32,000 nucleotides of DNA. It comes from Raphidiopsis brookii D9 (lineage in GTDB: Bacteria > Cyanobacteriota > Cyanobacteriia > Cyanobacteriales > Nostocaceae). The translations under genes and the position numbers were made by a program. Shown here in pieces: positions 27,347 to 32,000 of the stretch. Location of the stretch: assembly GCA_000175855.1 (NCBI GenBank), contig ACYB01000038.1, positions 1-32,000 of the forward strand, in the 5' to 3' direction. Under the pieces are notes generated by a model that searched no databases, had not been told where the DNA came from, and saw nothing but the letters and a program-made list of their open reading frames with translations. The first letter of the stretch is position 1, and every line of letters begins with the position of its first letter.

Positions 27347-28339
27347 TTACCAAGAAGATATGAAATTCCAATCTTCTGAACCTGTCTGATTGTTTTGTTG
27401 ATTTTGTGGGTGTTTGATCTGATCTCTATCTTCTGTATTTTGCATACTATCTAAATCTTCCACTTCTTCTGTTTTTGGTACATAATCTGAGGAGGTAAAA
27501 TTCCCCTGAATTAGACTATCGTATGCGCCAGAATCATACCATTTTAATAATTCTCCTGTTCGCATAATGATCCAAGAAAGTTTTGGTTCAGCATAGCTTA
27601 GTATTTTAGTAATTTTATCTAAAGTATCCAAATTATTAGATGCGAACTCACGTGACTGGATGATAAAATCATTCATGACATCATCATTTAAATATTCTTG
27701 GGGTAAACCTGCAATTTTCATCAAAGTATTGGTAGCCACATTAATATTTTGACAAGCTAATAGCCCTGCGCGATCAGCTGTTAATTTAGACATCATTAGC
27801 CAATTATATAAACTCAATTCAACTCCGCTAGCAACCAAACCGCCAATACCTAAGGTAGTGCTGATCAATAAATTTTTAATATTTGGCATCACAATTGCCA
27901 TTTGATGGTAGACCACATTTTGGCTTTTAATACGAGCTATCTCACTTCCAATTAAATACAGTAGCTCCTGAGGATTAAGCCATTCCATAGCTTCTAAGTT
28001 TAGGCCAATTAGGGGTTTTTCTACGCCAATAATATAGCTTTGAATATAACCTGTTCCTCTAAATAAATATAATTCTGGCAAAGGAGAAACATCTAAAACT
28101 TCACAAGCTGTTACTAATGCCTGATACAACTTAGGAAAATTCCTATTTGTCACTCTAATTTCACTACCTAGCGTCTGTAATCTTAGTAATCTATCAATAC
28201 TATATTCGTTAATTTTTTTGAGTATTGTTGATATACCTGGCATTTTTCTCAAAGATGCTAAAGCCTGTTTATCAAAAGGATGCTCGTATGTTTGAGAATT
28301 GAGTCCAGAGAAGACTTTTAAATCCGTTTGGCCAGTCAT
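27347..28339 (-). CDS. M48-like peptidase homologue lacking the canonical zinc site
   Basis: M48-type layout (YIIGVEKPLIGLNLEAMEWLNPQELLYLIGSEIARIKSQN, SKLTADRAGLLACQN), but HExxH is replaced by SEIAR. Confidence 0.65.
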   Translation of the reverse strand: MTGQTDLKVFSGLNSQTYEHPFDKQALASLRKMPGISTILKKINEYSIDRLLRLQTLGSEIRVTNRNFPKLYQALVTACEVLDVSPLPELYLFRGTGYIQSYIIGVEKPLIGLNLEAMEWLNPQELLYLIGSEIARIKSQNVVYHQMAIVMPNIKNLLISTTLGIGGLVASGVELSLYNWLMMSKLTADRAGLLACQNINVATNTLMKIAGLPQEYLNDDVMNDFIIQSREFASNNLDTLDKITKILSYAEPKLSWIIMRTGELLKWYDSGAYDSLIQGNFTSSDYVPKTEEVEDLDSMQNTEDRDQIKHPQNQQNNQTGSEDWNFISSW

Positions 28340-28378
28340 TTATTTTCCTATATTGATTGTTTAATGATTGTTAAATAT

Positions 28379-29056
28379 TCATTCACAAAAGCCATAAATT
28401 GCTGTTGATTGATGGGATAACCAGGCCCACATTTGGTCTCCAAAAGAAAAGTGCCACCATTCCCGTGGATGACGTTGAAAACCTGCTTGACACATAATGT
28501 TATTTAGCATTTCTCGACTTTGGTGATATTGGCTATGTTTATTCAGATAATAATCAGGATGGGATCGCTCAGAAATTTCGTCAATTGGCGAACCCATATT
28601 AATAATTTCTCCCTGTTCATTAACTAGGGTAATATCCACTGCTGCACCAGTGCTATGGGGAGGAGGAGTGTGAGGATTGGAACTGGGTGGAGCCCAAATT
28701 TCATATACCTGTTGCCAAATTTTTTCCCGCTGGTCATCGGATAAATTTTGTTCCAGTATTCCCCTTGCTTTTGCTAGTTGAATAAAACTATAATCAACCA
28801 TAAATTGCTGCACTCCTACTGGACGGTAAGCATCAAATATTTGAATGTGCCATCCAGGAGACAATAGGTTTAAATAATTCTGGGCATGAATAAGATTTTT
28901 GACCACTGTTTTCCGAAGAAAATAGGGCGAATATTGTCCGTAGCGTGCGCCTAGTTTGAGGTAAGGGTGGGGTTTTTCCACCGCAAAAAGCTCTAGGGGA
29001 ATTTCTACTAATGGTTCCCCGGATTCGATAATGGGAATTTGATGATATGGACGCAT
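28379..29056 (-). CDS. D-alanyl-D-alanine dipeptidase (M15D, VanX/DdpX-like)
   Basis: YLNLLSPGWHIQIFDAYRPVGVQQFMV, PPPHSTGAAVDITLVNEQGEIINMGSPID, HPREWWHFSFGDQMWAW. Confidence 0.9.
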   Translation of the reverse strand: MRPYHQIPIIESGEPLVEIPLELFAVEKPHPYLKLGARYGQYSPYFLRKTVVKNLIHAQNYLNLLSPGWHIQIFDAYRPVGVQQFMVDYSFIQLAKARGILEQNLSDDQREKIWQQVYEIWAPPSSNPHTPPPHSTGAAVDITLVNEQGEIINMGSPIDEISERSHPDYYLNKHSQYHQSREMLNNIMCQAGFQRHPREWWHFSFGDQMWAWLSHQSTAIYGFCE

Positions 29057-29083
29057 AATCTGGCAATATGGGAGATAGAAAAG

Positions 29084-29314
29084 CTAAGGTGATTTCTCGG
29101 TTTTTTCCGGTACGGGATCATAACCACCAGGATGGAAGGGATGACAACGTAAAATTCGACCTAGGGCCATCCAACTTCCACGAAACACTCCAAACCTTTC
29201 TATAGCTTCTATAGCATACATGGAACAGGTGGGTTGAAACCGACAACTGGGGGGAAATAGAGGAGAAATAAATAACCGATAACCTTGAATAGGCCAAATG
29301 AATAATTTTTTCAC
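29084..29314 (-). CDS. yidD: Membrane protein insertion efficiency factor YidD
   Basis: [69 protein letters not shown]. Confidence 0.96.
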   Translation of the reverse strand: MKKLFIWPIQGYRLFISPLFPPSCRFQPTCSMYAIEAIERFGVFRGSWMALGRILRCHPFHPGGYDPVPEKTEKSP

Positions 29315-29333
29315 ACAACTCCTTGAGGATTTT

Positions 29334-29870
29334 CTAAGGTTGTAACCGACGAATTTCCGTAATTTGGTCAGCTAAATCAAGAAAAGATTTTGGCATTTGA
29401 GGACCAGTCAAAATCATATCCAAATGGGTGGGACGGTCAATCAAAAACTGCAACACCTCCTTTTCGGGAATTAAACCAAAATCAACTGCTAAACTTAACT
29501 CATCTAAAACTACTAAAGAATATTTACCTTCGTATACTACCTTTTGTGTATATTCCCACAGGGAATGCAAAGACCCAATTTCCTTCTCATTTAAATTTGG
29601 TGTGTCCGGAGACCTGGCTAGGTCACAGCGAATCCAGTCTAGCTTGTTTCCAATTTGTATGGGATTATTTATACCTTGGTTAATACCCCCTTTAAGAAAC
29701 TGAATAATTAATACAGGTGTTCCATGACTGGCAATTCTTAGGGACTGGGAAATAACGTTAGTGAAAAAGTACCGTTCTGAGCTAGTAAACACCTGTAGTG
29801 ATCCCGTGACTGAATTTGGTAAACTAGGTGCGGGATTAATACTTGGACTGTCAATTTGGGTAAAAATCAT
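29334..29870 (-). CDS. Cob(I)yrinic acid a,c-diamide adenosyltransferase-like (CobA/BtuR-type) protein with degenerate P-loop
   Basis: [60 protein letters not shown] match the family layout. The N-terminal region reads [13 protein letters not shown] where GxGKTT is expected. Confidence 0.7.
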   Translation of the reverse strand: MIFTQIDSPSINPAPSLPNSVTGSLQVFTSSERYFFTNVISQSLRIASHGTPVLIIQFLKGGINQGINNPIQIGNKLDWIRCDLARSPDTPNLNEKEIGSLHSLWEYTQKVVYEGKYSLVVLDELSLAVDFGLIPEKEVLQFLIDRPTHLDMILTGPQMPKSFLDLADQITEIRRLQP

Positions 29871-30055
29871 TTTGCTCCCGGTTCGGTGTTAGCACAATGT
29901 GGTGAGACTCAGGTTCTTTGTACAGTTAGTATAACTGAGGGAGTGCCAAAATTTTGAATGGTGGGCGAGGAATTTATCTTCGTGCATTGAGCGATCGCCT
30001 TTATCTGGACAAATAACTGGTGTTTCCGTACTAAAGTAATAGAAAACTTAAACAG

Positions 30056-30835
30056 GTGATCACCTTGCACTCAACGAGAAACATACAACAATGGTGGATT
30101 TTTCGCTGTTTGTCCACAGCATTGCTATTTGGTCAGATTTCCCTGCATATAATTCAAGGAAAAACCTATTATCGGAAAATTCTTGACCATGCACTAAAAG
30201 TAGGACCGGGTTCCCTCTCCCCGGTTTTGTTAGTAAGTGGTTTTGCGGGAATGATTTTCACGATTCAAACAGCTAGAGAACTAGTCAGATTTGGTGCAGT
30301 CGATAATCTTGGAGGCGCCTTTGCAGTAGCATTCTGTCGAGAACTGGCTCCACTTTTAACCGCTAGTGTTATTGCTGGACAAGCAGGATCAGCATTTGCA
30401 GCAGAAATAGGAGCTATGCAGGTAACTGAACAAATTGATGCGCTCTACTTACTCAAAACCGATCCAATTGATTATTTAGTCTTACCCAGAGTGATTGCTT
30501 GCGGTTTGATGATGCCAGTAATGATGATTTTTGCACTAATTATTGGTGTCAGTGGTGGAATCTTTGCTGGGTTGGAATTTTATCAGATTCAACCGGAAAA
30601 CTTTTTAGAATCAGTGCGAGATTTTTTAACTCCGGGAGACATGATGATGATAATCATCAAAGGTGTGATTTTTGGAATAATAGTTGCTGTGAATGGATGT
30701 AGTTGGGGACTAACCACTAGGGGAGGTGCTAAGGAGGTTGGCGAATCCGCAACTACAGCGGTAGTAACCACTTGGGTAGTGCTTTTTATTACAGATTTTT
30801 TATTGGCTCTACCAGGGATTACAGTGGGTATTTAG
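30056..30835 (+). CDS. MlaE-family ABC transporter permease
   Basis: GSLSPVLLVSGFAGMIFTIQTARELVRFGAVDNLGG, ELAPLLTASVIAGQAGSAFAAEIGAMQVTEQIDALYLLKTDPIDYLVLPRV. Start codon is GTG 30056 or a nearby alternative. Confidence 0.93.
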   Translation: MITLHSTRNIQQWWIFRCLSTALLFGQISLHIIQGKTYYRKILDHALKVGPGSLSPVLLVSGFAGMIFTIQTARELVRFGAVDNLGGAFAVAFCRELAPLLTASVIAGQAGSAFAAEIGAMQVTEQIDALYLLKTDPIDYLVLPRVIACGLMMPVMMIFALIIGVSGGIFAGLEFYQIQPENFLESVRDFLTPGDMMMIIIKGVIFGIIVAVNGCSWGLTTRGGAKEVGESATTAVVTTWVVLFITDFLLALPGITVGI

Positions 30836-31017
30836 ATTAGATATAGTTAATAGTCCCTTTAACATAAGTTGTCCTGTATTTAAACAGCTTATTCACCAAA
30901 AATTCTCCGGTCACTTGGATCAATTTGGCTTTTTGTTTTATTATAACCTTACCATTAACTTCAGTGCATTTACTGTAGAAATAGCCGCTCAAACCAAGGT
31001 AACTTGATACACTAAAA

Positions 31018-32000
31018 ATGAAAATGATTAACACAAGTGTTTTCTTTTTAAAAACATCCTTCTTACTCTGTAGTTTAGTTTGTTTACTCCCCAATTTAGT
31101 CAAAGCTCAAGATGTTCCTAGTCAACAAGACTTACCAAAAGTTAATCCCGATATACAGTTGTTATTAAGTCAACCTAATCAAGACATACCTTTAAAACTA
31201 GTTGATGCGGTTTATCTGGCTTTACAAAATAATCGAGATGTAAAAATAGCCTATCTGCAGCGTATTGTAGATAAGGCGCGGTTATCTGAATCTGAGTCCA
31301 TATTTAGCCCCACTGTGCGACCCCAGCTATCTTTAAATCTGAATGCGAGGGAACCATTAGACTCAAACTCTACAAAAACAGATATAGGGACCGACACAAC
31401 CGCTGGTGTTGGTGCTGGTATCAGTTTGAAACTGCCCACTGGTGCTTCTTTGAATTTAGGATGGAATGGAGCAAATGTATGGGAGGGTAAGTATAGCAAA
31501 GATTCCTCCAGTTATTTATTCGTAAAAGATCCAAATATTCTCCGTCAAGATGTTAGTTTTAGTATTAGTCAACCTTTGTTGAAAAATTTTGGTGTGTATT
31601 TAAATACTTTAAATCTTAGAAGAGCTAGACTGACAGAAAGCACTAATATCTTGAATTTTAGAAATTCTATTGCCCAAACAATTACAAATTCAGTAGTCAC
31701 CTACAGAAATCTCTTGTTAGCACAGGAAAGATTAAAAATTGAGGAGGATTCTTTCGCTAGCGCTAAAGAGGAACTTGAGAAGTCGCAAGTCCTATTTGCA
31801 GAGGGTAAAATTACCAGAAATGATTTGATTCAACGTCAGGCCGATATTGCCCAAAAAGAATTTAACTTAGTTAATGTAAAAACAAATTTAACTGAAGCGA
31901 TTGCTAGCCTAACCAAACTTACAGACCTACCTTTGAAAATGCTAATTGCTATAGAAAAACCTCTTCCCCCAGACAATTTAAATTTGCCAACTTTTGAGGA
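31018..32000 (+). CDS. TolC-family outer membrane efflux protein (5' part, runs off the window)
   Basis: My translation from ATG 31018: MKMINTSVFFLKTSFLLCSLVCLLPNLVKAQDVPSQQDLPKVNPDIQLLLSQ...DIPLKLVDAVYLALQNNRDVKIAYLQRIVDKARL... with a second amphipathic LxxAR/ALTKL-type block. Open frame to the window end. Confidence 0.85.
   Translation, partial: MKMINTSVFFLKTSFLLCSLVCLLPNLVKAQDVPSQQDLPKVNPDIQLLLSQPNQDIPLKLVDAVYLALQNNRDVKIAYLQRIVDKARLSESESIFSPTVRPQLSLNLNAREPLDSNSTKTDIGTDTTAGVGAGISLKLPTGASLNLGWNGANVWEGKYSKDSSSYLFVKDPNILRQDVSFSISQPLLKNFGVYLNTLNLRRARLTESTNILNFRNSIAQTITNSVVTYRNLLLAQERLKIEEDSFASAKEELEKSQVLFAEGKITRNDLIQRQADIAQKEFNLVNVKTNLTEAIASLTKLTDLPLKMLIAIEKPLPPDNLNLPTFE

Noticed and set aside
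30837-31103. Minus-strand 88-aa ORF between the MlaE-like gene and the TolC-like gene
   Set aside because: Overlaps the start of the plus-strand TolC-family CDS (ATG 31018). The hydrophobic segment is largely AT-rich spacer and antisense to the signal peptide region. A real small membrane protein cannot be fully excluded.
31251-31499. Minus-strand 82-aa ORF
   Set aside because: Antisense to the supported TolC-family coding sequence.

Overview
This 32 kb window looks like an ordinary filamentous-cyanobacterial (Nostocales-like) chromosome segment; that taxonomic call is inferred from gene content and HIP1 octamers (GCGATCGC). Housekeeping or metabolic content: a hopanoid pair (squalene-hopene cyclase and an HpnB-like glycosyltransferase) flanked by two SpoIID/LytB-domain proteins, PetF-type ferredoxin, CobW-like GTPase, a BvdR-like oxidoreductase, methionine aminopeptidase, CyanoQ/PsbQ, a VanX-type dipeptidase, YidD, an MlaE-type permease and the start of a TolC-family protein. 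The left end carries a Uma2-like protein, a truncated PIN toxin-antitoxin pair, and an IS4-like element. That element is bounded by a perfect 59-bp inverted repeat that I aligned base by base (1645-1703 and 3752-3810); it carries a divergent passenger ORF and sits exactly between two unrelated truncated genes. The best candidate for an unusual system is the co-directional six-gene cassette at 16806-24894: a vWA-membrane protein, a small orphan, a second vWA protein with a repeated Thr motif tail, zinc ribbon-FHA, pseudokinase-PP2C, and zinc ribbon-Ser/Thr kinase-TPR. It resembles the TerY-P (vWA/PP2C/kinase) phospho-signalling triad but has a different, expanded architecture. A likely 1-nt homopolymer frameshift was also found in a small conserved protein at 13487-13706. 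All family names come from recognising motifs, with no database search.
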